64,000 nucleotides of DNA from Anaerolineae bacterium (GTDB lineage Bacteria; Chloroflexota; Anaerolineae; B4-G1): positions 414-64,413 of the forward strand of contig JBHIET010000008.1 in the NCBI GenBank assembly GCA_046760785.1, given 5' to 3'. Positions 53,937-63,847 of this stretch are shown here, piece by piece. Each line of letters opens with the position of its first letter. Position 1 is the stretch's first letter. The position numbers and the translations under genes are program-made. The notes beneath the pieces were generated by a model, which was not told where the DNA came from, did not search any database, and worked only from the letters and a program-made list of their open reading frames with translations.

Positions 53937-53950
53937 GTCTTTTGGACAGA

Positions 53951-54412
53951 TTATGAAAGGGTCTCTTCAAATATCCAGCGCTCGGTGTCTCGCTCGTAGG
54001 AGAGAATTTCCTCTTCGGTGAAGAAGAGTGGCACCTCGAAGGCCGCCGTCTCCGGCCCGTCTGAACCGTGCACCAGGTTGCGCCCGACCTCCAGCCCAAA
54101 GTCGGCGCGGATGGTGCCGGGGGTGGCCTCGGCGGGGTTAGTCGCTCCCATTGTGCTCCGCACGATCTCGATAGCGTCGTTTCCTTCCAGCACCATCACC
54201 ACGACCGGGCTGGAGGTGATGTAACGGATCAAGGGTTCGTAAAATGGCTTTCCTTTGTGAACGGCATAATGGCGTTCCGCTAATGGTTCGTCAATCTGCA
54301 TCAGCTTCATCCCTGCGATGCGCAGTCCCCGTCGCTCGAAACGGGTGACAATCTCTCCGATGAGCCCACGCTGCACGGCGTCGGGTTTGATGATAACCAG
54401 CGTACGTTCCAA
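53951..54412 (-). CDS. ndk: Nucleoside-diphosphate kinase
   Basis: MERTLVIIKPDAVQRGLIGEI and NLVHGSD. Confidence 0.9.
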   Translation of the reverse strand: MERTLVIIKPDAVQRGLIGEIVTRFERRGLRIAGMKLMQIDEPLAERHYAVHKGKPFYEPLIRYITSSPVVVMVLEGNDAIEIVRSTMGATNPAEATPGTIRADFGLEVGRNLVHGSDGPETAAFEVPLFFTEEEILSYERDTERWIFEETLS

Positions 54413-54436
54413 GTTTTCCCCTTTGTGTTCTGTGTC

Positions 54437-56734
54437 CTACAGGGCTTCCAGTGCCTGACGGTAGGTGTTCAATGCCTTCTGTAGTTGGCCGTCTTTCATA
54501 TAAGCGTCACCCAACGCCCGCTGAGTCCTGACATCGAACCGCCGCTCCAGGTATCCCTCCAGGTCTGGGATCACACTTTCGAGGAGCTTGCCGGAACGGA
54601 TCACGCGGGAATAGGCCTCCAATGCTTCCTTACACTCATCAGCCTGCCACAGCGTCCGCGCCAATGCCAGCCAGGCTTCATAATCGCGGGGGTGCTCCTT
54701 CAGATAGGCCCGCTCAGCGGCGAAGGGTTCGACAGGGACCTCGGCAGTTGGGATTTCCGGTTCTACCGTCGGTAACTCTATCACAGGCGGGGCCTCCACC
54801 TCCTCCATCATACGTGCCCACTCCGGCGCTTCGGGTGGGGCTTCCTCTGCCGGGATGGCTTCGGGCGGGGCCTCCGGCTCACCGAACGCCGTCCAGCCGA
54901 ACGCTTCCTCCATACGCGCCCACTCCGGGGCTTCGGGTGGGGCTGCCTCTTCTATTGGCACGGCTTCCTCCGCTGCCATGATGGCTTCGAGTGGGGCCTC
55001 CGGCTCACCGAACGCCGTCCAGCCGAATGCTTCTTCAGCCGAGGGAGCTACGGCCTCCTCCGGCACCGCCTCGACTGTCGGCGGCGCGAGCTCCGGTGCG
55101 GCCTCTTCGGGAGGTCGCTCCACGGCCTTGGGACGGCCCATGATCTCGGCCATGCGCTCCTCGGTCTCCGCTTCGATCTGTGCCCGCAGTTCTTCCTCCT
55201 TGCCTTGTGCCAGTTGCTCCAGCCAAGCCAGGGCCTCGTCGCCAGAGGGCATCTCCTCGCCCTCCAACCACGCTGGCAAGGGGGCTTCCTCGGCAGCGGG
55301 GGCAAGTGCCTTCACCTCTTCCGGTGCTTCCGTTGGGGGGATCTCTTCCACCGCTGGGGCAACCTCCTCTGGCGCTGGTGCTTCCTCAACTTCCTCAGTG
55401 AGTTGTTCGCGCAGGCCGACCAGCCAGTCTGGAGGCTGTTCTGCAAGTGAAGTGGCAGGTGCTATCTCCTCACTGGCTGCTTCAACTCCTAGTTCAGCCA
55501 ACCATTCTGGAATTTCCTCCTCCACCTCCTCGCGCGGAACGGCTGGTGCTTCCGCCTCGACGGTGGGTTCAATGTCCAGTTCAGCCAACCACTCGGGGGT
55601 CTCCTCCTCCTCGCCAGCTAGCTCGAGGCCCAGTCCGCCCAGCCATTCTGGGGCCTCTTCCTCGGCCATCGCTTCTGGCTTCCCCTCGGCGAGCTCTTCT
55701 TCACCGGCGCTTGTCAGCCAGGCAGGGATTTCCTCTGCCGGAACGGGGATCGCTTCCTCTGGGGGTTGTCCTTCCAGCGGCTCAGCGGAGCTGGGTGGTG
55801 CAGGCATCTCGGCTTCCTCGCCCATGGCGATCTCCTCCAGCCAGGACGGGATCTCAATCTGCGCTTCCAACCCTGCGGTGATGTCAACCAGCGCGGCTTC
55901 CTCTGTCGTCAGCGGCACCCCTTCCTCGGCCATCCAAGCTGGGCGCTCTTCCTCGGTCGGAGGCTTATACTCCAGGGGGGCGATCTGCACCTGTCGTGCT
56001 GGCAATGGCGAGGCAGTTCCGAAGAATTCTTGTGCCATTCGATTCTCCGGGTCGAGCGCTTCGGCCCGCCGCAGGTACACCTGTCCTTCCTCACGACCGC
56101 CACTCGTCCAAATCGCTCCCAGGATCAAGTTGGCTTTGAGGCAGTAGGGCAGTTCATCCAGTATCTCTTGGCAGACTTCTGAGGCCTCCAACCGCTGCTC
56201 ATTACGCCAGAGTGCTTCAGCCAGCGCGACGCTCAGATCCACCCGTTCAGGATGTTCAGCCAGCAGGGTACGAAGTTCGCTGATCGCTCGTGAGAGCAGA
56301 TCGCCCTTGAGGTAGAGCCGAGCCAGTGCGGCGGGAGTAAGTGATGTGCGCTGGGGTTCGACACCGTCTCGCCGGCCGTAGAGTTGGCGTAACTCCTCTC
56401 CAATCGCCTTGCTGTCGGCGGTCACTTCGAAGGCACGTTCCAGGTACCACACCGCTGCATCGAGTTTATCGCGATTGTTATACACCTCGCTCAATCCCAC
56501 CCATGCGATCATATTCTCAGGGTCGGCGCTGAGCACGCGGCGGAACATGTCGGCGGCATACTCGTCCTGCCCGGCTTCCAGCATCGCCTTGCCCAGCAAC
56601 TGGTAGGTCGCTATGTGCTTGGGGTATTGCTTCAAGACGTGCTTCCCGTGGGCCACAGCCTCCGCATAATGGCCGCGTTCAATCGTGCGCTGAATCTGCT
56701 CGCAATATTCCCGAAGGGAAATCTCACCCATCAT
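54437..56734 (-). CDS. TPR-repeat protein with long acidic Glu/Pro/Ala-rich repeat core
   Basis: TPR-like N- and C-terminal blocks. The centre carries repeated (I/A/T)PEWL(A/G)(E/G)LG and duplicated MEEAFGWTAFGEPEAP units. The start (ATG 56734 or 56731) is uncertain. Confidence 0.7.
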   Translation of the reverse strand: MMGEISLREYCEQIQRTIERGHYAEAVAHGKHVLKQYPKHIATYQLLGKAMLEAGQDEYAADMFRRVLSADPENMIAWVGLSEVYNNRDKLDAAVWYLERAFEVTADSKAIGEELRQLYGRRDGVEPQRTSLTPAALARLYLKGDLLSRAISELRTLLAEHPERVDLSVALAEALWRNEQRLEASEVCQEILDELPYCLKANLILGAIWTSGGREEGQVYLRRAEALDPENRMAQEFFGTASPLPARQVQIAPLEYKPPTEEERPAWMAEEGVPLTTEEAALVDITAGLEAQIEIPSWLEEIAMGEEAEMPAPPSSAEPLEGQPPEEAIPVPAEEIPAWLTSAGEEELAEGKPEAMAEEEAPEWLGGLGLELAGEEEETPEWLAELDIEPTVEAEAPAVPREEVEEEIPEWLAELGVEAASEEIAPATSLAEQPPDWLVGLREQLTEEVEEAPAPEEVAPAVEEIPPTEAPEEVKALAPAAEEAPLPAWLEGEEMPSGDEALAWLEQLAQGKEEELRAQIEAETEERMAEIMGRPKAVERPPEEAAPELAPPTVEAVPEEAVAPSAEEAFGWTAFGEPEAPLEAIMAAEEAVPIEEAAPPEAPEWARMEEAFGWTAFGEPEAPPEAIPAEEAPPEAPEWARMMEEVEAPPVIELPTVEPEIPTAEVPVEPFAAERAYLKEHPRDYEAWLALARTLWQADECKEALEAYSRVIRSGKLLESVIPDLEGYLERRFDVRTQRALGDAYMKDGQLQKALNTYRQALEAL

Positions 56735-56816
56735 ATCCTCCCCTTTCCCACTCGAGTACAAGTCAGGTATAGTTTGTCATTGCTCACTAAGATTATGCAA
56801 CGTCTCGCGCAAAAAG

Positions 56817-57845
56817 TCAATCCAGACCATGCATTCCTTTCAGGCGTGTGACCAGCGCATCTACCGGCCGTTCGGGGCGCGGGGAGGGGCCTAAAGGGTC
56901 GGCGATGGTCCCTTCTCCTAGCATAGCGTAGAAGGCATTGAGCACGCCGTAGGCCAGCACGTCCAATTGGTAGCCGCCCTCGAGTGTGAACACGATCTGT
57001 CCATCGCACAACTGCTCGGCCATGCGCACCAACTCCTGCCCCAACCATGCATAGCCGGTCAGTGAAAGGTTCATCAGCGCCAGTGGGTCGCTCCAGTGAG
57101 CGTCGTAACCGGCCGAGACCAGGATCAGATCGGGACGGAATTGCTCCGCCAGCGGCCAGACCAGCTCGGCAAACACCTGCGCATAGCCTCCATCGCCGAC
57201 GCCCGCCGGCAATGGGACGTTGAGCAGTGTTCCCTCGCCAGCGCCGCGTCCCGTCTCGTTCCACAGGCCGGTGCCTGGGTAGTACGGGTACTGATGGGAA
57301 GAGAAGTAGAACACGGCTGGATCGTCGGCGAAAGCATCCTGAGTTCCGTTGCCATGGTGCACGTCGAAGTCGGCGATGAAGATACGCTCTACCTGCCCCC
57401 CCGCCAGTGCGGCCCGCGCGGCCACGGCAACGTTGTTGAAGAGGCAGAAGCCCATCGCACGCGTGGCCGTGGCGTGGTGGCCGGGTGGACGCACCAGGGC
57501 GAAGCCGTTGGCAACCTCGCCTGCCAGCACCGCCTCCACTGCCTGCACGACCCCACCGGCGGCCATCAGTGCCGCGTCGAATGAGCGGGGGGAGACGTAA
57601 GTGTCCGGGTCAAGGTGGCCACCGCCTGCCTGGGCTACACGTTGTACCCGTTCGATGTGCACTGCTGTGTGCACGCGCTGCAATTCCTCAATCGTCGCCG
57701 GGCGGGGCTTCAGGGGCTTCAGACGCGCCAGCATCCCCTCGTCCTCCAGCGTCTTCAGGATGCGCTTCAGCCGCCGGGCGTTCTCGGGGTGGGAGGGCAG
57801 GTCGTGCTCAAGGTAGATTGGATCATAGACGTAGGCTGTGTCCAT
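56817..57845 (-). CDS. Histone deacetylase-family (AcuC/AphA-like) deacetylase
   Basis: VRPPGHHA, DFDVHHGNGTQ and SAGYDAH. Confidence 0.85.
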   Translation of the reverse strand: MDTAYVYDPIYLEHDLPSHPENARRLKRILKTLEDEGMLARLKPLKPRPATIEELQRVHTAVHIERVQRVAQAGGGHLDPDTYVSPRSFDAALMAAGGVVQAVEAVLAGEVANGFALVRPPGHHATATRAMGFCLFNNVAVAARAALAGGQVERIFIADFDVHHGNGTQDAFADDPAVFYFSSHQYPYYPGTGLWNETGRGAGEGTLLNVPLPAGVGDGGYAQVFAELVWPLAEQFRPDLILVSAGYDAHWSDPLALMNLSLTGYAWLGQELVRMAEQLCDGQIVFTLEGGYQLDVLAYGVLNAFYAMLGEGTIADPLGPSPRPERPVDALVTRLKGMHGLD

Positions 57846-58108
57846 AGTTCCTCTCTTATGCGGTTTCTTCCAGGCCGAGGCTCAGTTGTGTCGCAACGGC
57901 GGGTGACTTGCTATTGCCGACCGAGAGGCGTGTCTCTGCCATACCGGTTGTACGCGCGGCCGCGTGGATCTCCCCCCAACTTACAAAGTGCTCGTCGTAA
58001 TATTCAATGGGATACTTGCCGCGCTGAACGAGTTTCTCGTGGCTGGGCAAATGTCCCAACTCGTTTCAGGTATTGGTGGTGTCCCCAGAGTGTTGGTGGC
58101 TCAATCCC

Positions 58109-58220
58109 GCCCGGACGTGAACGTCCGGGCTGAAAGAACAAAGCCCTGCGAGCTGGAATCCAGCCCCCGGAGGGGGCTTTGCTCACTGAGCCGAGCGGTT
58201 TAGCGCCCGGCGGGGCGAAC
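58109..58220. repeat. GC-rich structured intergenic repeat, family A copy 2
   Basis: Hairpin GCCCGGACG-tgaa-CGTCCGGGC, followed by gctgaaagaac, gggctttgctc, agccgagcggtt and ggcgaac in the same order as 4834..4983. Confidence 0.6.
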
Positions 58221-58387
58221 AAGCAACATCAACACTCAAGAGGGGCGCTATCGATTTGTACATCTAACTCTATTGTATCATCGGACGGTGCTTTGAGCAA
58301 CCCAATTGACCCGCGCCCGCATGCTTTGACAACCCAGGCTGCCCAGTGTACAATCTTGCCACCGTTTTGACTTGAGGAGGCATCCAA

Positions 58388-59278
58388 TTGGGGAAACCGT
58401 TTAACTACGGCGGGCAGGCGGTCATCGAAGGGGTGATGATGCGTGGATCGCGCGTGATGGCGGTCGCACTGCGCCATCCAGAGGGGTACATCGTCGTGAA
58501 GACGGAGCCGCTCAACGAGGCACTCTACCGTGGCCCTATCAGCCGCATCCCTTTCCTGCGTGGGCTGGTGATGCTGTGGGACGCTCTCGGTCTGGGGGCC
58601 AAGGCGCTCATGACGTCGGCCGACGTGGCAGTTGGCGAGGAGACGTCGCTTTCAGGCCCTGGCGTCTGGGGGATGATTGTTGCAGGGATTGGCATAGGAA
58701 TCGGGCTTTTTATGGCGCTGCCTTCTTTCCTGGCGGGACTGGTTGCTCCATATCTGTCTTCGGAGTGGTTGACCAGCCTGCTGGAGGGAGTCGTCCGGCT
58801 GCTCCTGATTTTGGGCTACATCTGGGTCGTCGGGCGTCTGCCAGATATACAGCGTGTGTTCGCCTACCACGGCGCGGAACACAAGACGATCAACGCCTAC
58901 GAAGCGGGGGCGGGACTGACCGTGGACGACGTGCGTTCCTTTTCGACGGCCCATGCCCGCTGCGGCACTGCCTTCCTTCTTACGGTGGTCGTGCTGACGA
59001 TCTTGATATTCGCTCCCTTCAAACAGCCGTCGCTGATCTGGCGTCTGCTCAGCCGGATCGTGTTGCTCCCGGTCATCGCCGGCGTTTCCTACGAGTTCAT
59101 CCGCCTGACCGCGCGCTTTGCCGAGCACCGTTGGATGCATGGGCTGATCGCGCCGAACTTGGCGCTCCAGCAGTTGACGACCCGCGAGCCGGACGACGGG
59201 ATGCTGGAGGTGGCGATCACGGCCCTAAAGGCCGTGCTGATGGACGAGGGGGTTACCGTTGGCGAGGCAGCAGGATGA
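58388..59278 (+). CDS. DUF1385 family membrane protein
   Basis: TTG at 58388 lies 7 nt after GAGGAGG. Sequence features: YGGQAVIEGVMMRG and YHGAEHKTINAYE. Confidence 0.75.
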   Translation: MGKPFNYGGQAVIEGVMMRGSRVMAVALRHPEGYIVVKTEPLNEALYRGPISRIPFLRGLVMLWDALGLGAKALMTSADVAVGEETSLSGPGVWGMIVAGIGIGIGLFMALPSFLAGLVAPYLSSEWLTSLLEGVVRLLLILGYIWVVGRLPDIQRVFAYHGAEHKTINAYEAGAGLTVDDVRSFSTAHARCGTAFLLTVVVLTILIFAPFKQPSLIWRLLSRIVLLPVIAGVSYEFIRLTARFAEHRWMHGLIAPNLALQQLTTREPDDGMLEVAITALKAVLMDEGVTVGEAAG

Positions 59279-60192
59279 ACGAGGATAGGATGGACGTCCT
59301 GACCGCGATCCGACGGCGGATGAGTGTACGCAGTTACGGGGATCGCACGGTGGAGCCGGCCCTGCTTGAGCGCTTACTCGCTCTGGCAGGCACGGCCGAC
59401 CACCTGACCGAGGTGCCCCCGCGTGCCGCGCTGGTCAGCGGCGTAGAGCGGACGCACCGTATCCTCACCTACATGATCGGCTTCTACGGGCTGGTGCAGA
59501 ACCCGCCTCATCTGCTGGTGGGCGTGTTGCCTGAGGAGAGCGGCGCGGCCCGGCTCGATCTGGGATATGTGTTGGAACAGGTGGTGCTGGAGGCGACCCG
59601 GCTGGGGTTGGGCACCTGCTGGGTGACCGGCTCATACGACGCGCAACGCGCCGGAGAGGCCGTGGGGCTGGCACCGGGGGAAGTGGCGGCAGCAGTCTGT
59701 GCGCTGGGTTATCCCGATGAGGGTCGTTGGGGCCGCTTCCACAGCCGTACCGTGCGTCAGTTGGCCGGTGGTCATCGACGCAAACTGCTGGCGGAAATCG
59801 TCTTCTCCGGCCGCTGGGGGGAGCCCTGGTCGCCAGACGGGGCTGATCCGGCATTGGTGGGCGTCTTGGAATACGCCCGTCTGGCCCCCTCGGCCAGCAA
59901 TCGCCAGCCGTGGCGCTTCATCGTCGGGCCAGACCGCGCGGTGCTCGCACTGGTACGAGCTGCGCCCATAGACGGGGGCATCGTGATGGCTCACTTCGCG
60001 CTGGCCTCCGCCGCGTTGGGGCGCGCGGGGCAATGGGAGGTGCGGCTGGGAGACGCCACCCTGGCGCGGGAGTGCAAGTTGCCGAAGGGGGTGATCCCCG
60101 TGGCGACCTTCGACTTGATTTCGATACGGCCTCGCTCCGCTCGGCCTACTCAATCGGCGCCTCGGCCCATCGTTGAGCGATCAGGTGGCTAG
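59275..60192 (+). CDS. Nitroreductase family protein
   Basis: ATG at 59275 overlaps the DUF1385 stop (ATGA). Sequence features: RRMSVRSYGD and LAPSASNRQPWRF. Only this part of track ORF 58576..60192 is credible. Confidence 0.75.
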   Translation: MNEDRMDVLTAIRRRMSVRSYGDRTVEPALLERLLALAGTADHLTEVPPRAALVSGVERTHRILTYMIGFYGLVQNPPHLLVGVLPEESGAARLDLGYVLEQVVLEATRLGLGTCWVTGSYDAQRAGEAVGLAPGEVAAAVCALGYPDEGRWGRFHSRTVRQLAGGHRRKLLAEIVFSGRWGEPWSPDGADPALVGVLEYARLAPSASNRQPWRFIVGPDRAVLALVRAAPIDGGIVMAHFALASAALGRAGQWEVRLGDATLARECKLPKGVIPVATFDLISIRPRSARPTQSAPRPIVERSGG

Positions 60193-60199
60193 AAGACCC

Positions 60200-63100
60200 T
60201 CAAGACTCCAGCGTCGGGGGCAGCGACAGGGTGAAGGTGAACGTTGTGCCGCTCTCAGAGCTGCTTTCCAACCAGATGCGCTCCCCGTGCGCTTCCATAA
60301 CCATTTTGCAAAAGGCCAGGCCCAGCCCGCTTCCGCGTTCGGCGTGCTGACCGGTGACGAATTTCTGGAACAACCGGCTTTGAACCTCAGGTGGGATGCC
60401 TGGGCCGGTGTCGCTGATGGAGATGAGGAGCCGAGACCGATCTGAGGTATCGGCCCTGGCCATCACCCGTACTTCACCGCCGGCCGGTGTGAACTTGACG
60501 GCATTGCCGACCAGGTTGTGCAGCACGCGCTCGATCAGTCCTGCGTCGGCCCAGACCGGGGGCAGAGTGGACGGCACATCACTTTCCAGATACAGGCCCT
60601 TATTGGCGGCCAGCGCTAACTGTGTGTCCAACACGTCGGTGACGAGATCGGCCAGCGATATCAGTGTATGCTCCAATGGCATCTGCTGGCTCTCCAGCCG
60701 GTTCATATCCAGAATCGCGTTGACCAATTGCAGCATCCTGTCTGTGTTGCTATGGGCAATCTCCCACAGTTGCTGCTGACTGGGCGAGAGGACATCGGCG
60801 ATGCGCTTATCCAGGAGGGCCAAAGCGCCGTAGATGGCGGTGAGCGGATTGCGTAGGTCATGCACCATCGTATGCACGAGATCATCGCGCATTCTTTCCA
60901 GCGACCGCTCTTCGGTAACGTCGTGCAACACGAACAGCCGGCCGAGCGGTGTCTTATGGGCCATCACGGGCAAGTTCAGCCAGTGAATCGTATGAGGAGG
61001 CACCTCAAACTCACCTTCTCCAGATGGCTCGTCACCTGCCCGACCCCGGCGCATTTCGGCCAGGGTCGTTCGCACGGCGTCCGGAGCGTGGTGCCGCATG
61101 GCGATCAGGGCGTCTTGCAGAGGCCGGTTAACCCAGTCCTCGGGTCGGCCAGGGAGGCGCAAGAGATCAAGCGCGGGCGCGTTGACAACCAACAAGTGCT
61201 GATCCATTCCGACAAGGATGATTCCATCCCGACTGGACTCGATCAACGCCTGCAGGCGGCTTCGTTCATCCGCGACGGCCTGGAACAACCGGACATTGGC
61301 CATGGCCGTGGCTATTTGTTGGCCGATGGCCACTTGCAACGCCTGGCTCTCGGCCGAAAGATCACGCGGCCGGTGGGCGAACAGGCTCAGGGTGCCGAGC
61401 GAGCGCTCCTGGTGCAAGAGAGGGATGCCAGAGTAAGCACGCATGCCCAGGGCCCTCATCTCGCCGACAGCCAGCGGTACTTCCTGCTCGAGTTTCCTCA
61501 ACGTCGGTGTCTCGTCTTCGATGTCGCTCACTGCCACAGCTTTGCCCTGGTCGTGGACGTAGGCGCACAACGTGCCTTCAAGACCCTCCTGCTGAAGCCG
61601 GTTGGATACGATGGGCGGTAGGCCTCGCTCGGCTGCTAGATATAAGCGGCCATCAGTCGGGTCGACCAGGCCAATCAGCCCGGCCTCAAAATCGAGCGAG
61701 GTCAGCGCCGAATCTAGAGTCTCCGAGAGCACGTCTTTCAATACCCACGACCGGCTGATCGCGCGTGCGACGGTGTACAGCGCGCCCAGGTCGGTGGCAT
61801 ATTGGCGTATCTCGGCATAGAGCCGGGCGTTGTCCAGCGCCAGAGCGATGGCTTCGGCCAGGGATTTAGCCAGCAGGATGTCATCCTCGTCGAAGGCGCC
61901 TGATTGGTCACTTGCCACATCGAGCACGCCCAGCACCCGTTCGCCGCGCCGCAAAGGGATGGCCAATTCACTATGGTGGGCAGGGTGGGCCTCCACGTAA
62001 TCCGGGTCGGTGCTTATGTCGGGCACGTGCTGTGTCTGAGCCGTGCGGAAGGCCCGCCCGGTGACACCCTGCTCAATGGAAAGGGACTCGCCCTCGGTAG
62101 CGGGTAGCACTCCAGCCGCTGCCTGGACGACCAGATGAGTCGCTGTGTCATCGGGCAGGAGGATGGCGACAGCGGGCCAGCCCGTCAACCGAGCGACGGC
62201 GTCCACTGCTACGTGTGCTATGGCCTCCTGGTCGAGATGCCCCCCCACAGCGCGCAGGACTTCGTAAAGCGTAGTCTGACGGGTCGCCAGATGGCGCTGC
62301 TCGTCGTACATCTGCGCGTTGCGCACGGCCAGCATGATCTGGCTGGCGGCTGACTGTACCAGGTAGGCATGTTCGGTGTTGAAATGATTCGGTGTCGAAT
62401 GCATGAGGGTGAGAACGCCCAACACTGCCGACCCGCTCACGATCGGAATGGCCAGGGCGGAGCGGGCTGTGTATGGCACGTCGGATAACTCCAGCCAGCG
62501 GTCGTCGAGAGAAGTGTCGTGGACCAGTGCGGGCTGGCGGTGATGGACGACCCAACCAGCCAGTCCTCCCTCCATCACACGTTTCACGAGGTCCTGCTGT
62601 TGCGCTGGCGTCGTTTCCTCGCGTGCTAAGATGCTATGAGTCACGACACCCGTTCCGTCCAATAGAAACATACTGCCTTGTTCGGCCCCTGTGAGAGTGG
62701 CGGCCATGTTCAGTGCACTCTCCAGGGTGGCCTCCAGAGATAGGGGTTTAACCGTGGCACGAGCCATGGCCACCAAGCTTTCGAACAATTGCTTCTGGGC
62801 CATCAAGCTCGCTTCGGCCCGTTTACGTTCTGTGATGTCGTATAAAACAATCAACCGGCCTATGAGACGACCGCGTCGGTCGTAGAGGGGGGAGATGTGC
62901 ACGTCATAACTGCGCTGGGTTTTACCTTCCCCCAGGGCGATTTCGGTGTGTACCTCGGTTTCGTTGCGACAGTGCTCGACCAGGTCCGGCCTGTCGGCCA
63001 ATATCTGGGCGATCGGCCGTCCAATCACCTCTGAAGTTGACCGGCCGAGGATGTTTTGCGCGGCCGGGTTGATGTCCAAAACACAGTTCTGCACATCCAG

Positions 63101-63847
63101 CACGAGCACACCGCCGCTCATGCTATCCACAACTGCGTTGCGCGCTACCGGCACAATATCGAACAGTCGGAAGCGGGAGACGCCCCAGACTACCATCAGG
63201 CCAGCTACAGTAAAGGCGAAGGGGGGCAGGTCCAGGGGAGAAGGGATCAAGTTGGAGAGCACTTGCCCCACGAACGGCACCAGCGAGCCAGCCAGCAAAA
63301 CACCAGCCTGCCCACGACGCGGATGCGGTGCCCTGATGAACGCTTGAGCGAGCAGAAATGCGCCAAACAGGAGCAACACGTAGGTATATACAGCATGAAT
63401 GCTGTGCCACACGCCATAGGTCGCATCCCACACCAAGAGTGAACCACTGGCCTTTAGTCTGACCTCGATCCACATCAAGTGGTGAACTTCGTTGGTCCAG
63501 ACCACCAGCAGCGTGACCAGGGGTTCGACTATCAGTGCGGCCACGTTGCGGGGAGGCAACCACTTTTCGCGGCCAGTGTATTGGAGCACAAAAACAAGCC
63601 AGGCCGTCGGCACGGTGACAATGCCCACGTATCGCGCCTTGGCCCACAAGAGTTTGGCGAACAGGGTCTCGCTTCCCAGCCGCAGCGCGGACGTCAGCGA
63701 CCATTCGGCCACGGCCAGCATAAGCAATGTGAACGATGCTGCCCCGGGAGCCGCACGACGTCTCCATGAGTAAATGGCAAGCCCGGCCGAGATCGCCGTC
63801 GCTATAAGCAGCGGGAACACAAGAGGTGTAGTCTGCCAGTTCATCAT
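60200..63847 (-). CDS. Multi-sensor hybrid-type histidine kinase (N-terminal 7TM-like domain, PAS, several GAF, PAS, HisKA, HATPase_c)
   Basis: ATG at 63847 follows AGGAG. The H-box is VHDLRNPLTAI. The ATPase motifs are NLVGNAVKFT, DTGPGIP and GSGLGLAF. There are multiple GAF-like blocks. Confidence 0.85.
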   Translation of the reverse strand: MMNWQTTPLVFPLLIATAISAGLAIYSWRRRAAPGAASFTLLMLAVAEWSLTSALRLGSETLFAKLLWAKARYVGIVTVPTAWLVFVLQYTGREKWLPPRNVAALIVEPLVTLLVVWTNEVHHLMWIEVRLKASGSLLVWDATYGVWHSIHAVYTYVLLLFGAFLLAQAFIRAPHPRRGQAGVLLAGSLVPFVGQVLSNLIPSPLDLPPFAFTVAGLMVVWGVSRFRLFDIVPVARNAVVDSMSGGVLVLDVQNCVLDINPAAQNILGRSTSEVIGRPIAQILADRPDLVEHCRNETEVHTEIALGEGKTQRSYDVHISPLYDRRGRLIGRLIVLYDITERKRAEASLMAQKQLFESLVAMARATVKPLSLEATLESALNMAATLTGAEQGSMFLLDGTGVVTHSILAREETTPAQQQDLVKRVMEGGLAGWVVHHRQPALVHDTSLDDRWLELSDVPYTARSALAIPIVSGSAVLGVLTLMHSTPNHFNTEHAYLVQSAASQIMLAVRNAQMYDEQRHLATRQTTLYEVLRAVGGHLDQEAIAHVAVDAVARLTGWPAVAILLPDDTATHLVVQAAAGVLPATEGESLSIEQGVTGRAFRTAQTQHVPDISTDPDYVEAHPAHHSELAIPLRRGERVLGVLDVASDQSGAFDEDDILLAKSLAEAIALALDNARLYAEIRQYATDLGALYTVARAISRSWVLKDVLSETLDSALTSLDFEAGLIGLVDPTDGRLYLAAERGLPPIVSNRLQQEGLEGTLCAYVHDQGKAVAVSDIEDETPTLRKLEQEVPLAVGEMRALGMRAYSGIPLLHQERSLGTLSLFAHRPRDLSAESQALQVAIGQQIATAMANVRLFQAVADERSRLQALIESSRDGIILVGMDQHLLVVNAPALDLLRLPGRPEDWVNRPLQDALIAMRHHAPDAVRTTLAEMRRGRAGDEPSGEGEFEVPPHTIHWLNLPVMAHKTPLGRLFVLHDVTEERSLERMRDDLVHTMVHDLRNPLTAIYGALALLDKRIADVLSPSQQQLWEIAHSNTDRMLQLVNAILDMNRLESQQMPLEHTLISLADLVTDVLDTQLALAANKGLYLESDVPSTLPPVWADAGLIERVLHNLVGNAVKFTPAGGEVRVMARADTSDRSRLLISISDTGPGIPPEVQSRLFQKFVTGQHAERGSGLGLAFCKMVMEAHGERIWLESSSESGTTFTFTLSLPPTLES

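Noticed and set aside
57856-58059. A 67-codon minus-strand ORF (TTG start; ...HEKLVQRGKYPIEYYDEHFVSWGE...) ending 10 nt before the deacetylase gene.
   Set aside because: It has a non-canonical start, no SD, no recognisable family, and a third-position GC that looks lower than neighbouring genes. It may be real but is unsupported.
58576-59274. The 5' two-thirds of track ORF 58576..60192.
   Set aside because: It overlaps the DUF1385 gene out of frame and translates to an Arg/Gly-rich sequence. The genuine nitroreductase starts at ATG 59275, which overlaps the DUF1385 stop.
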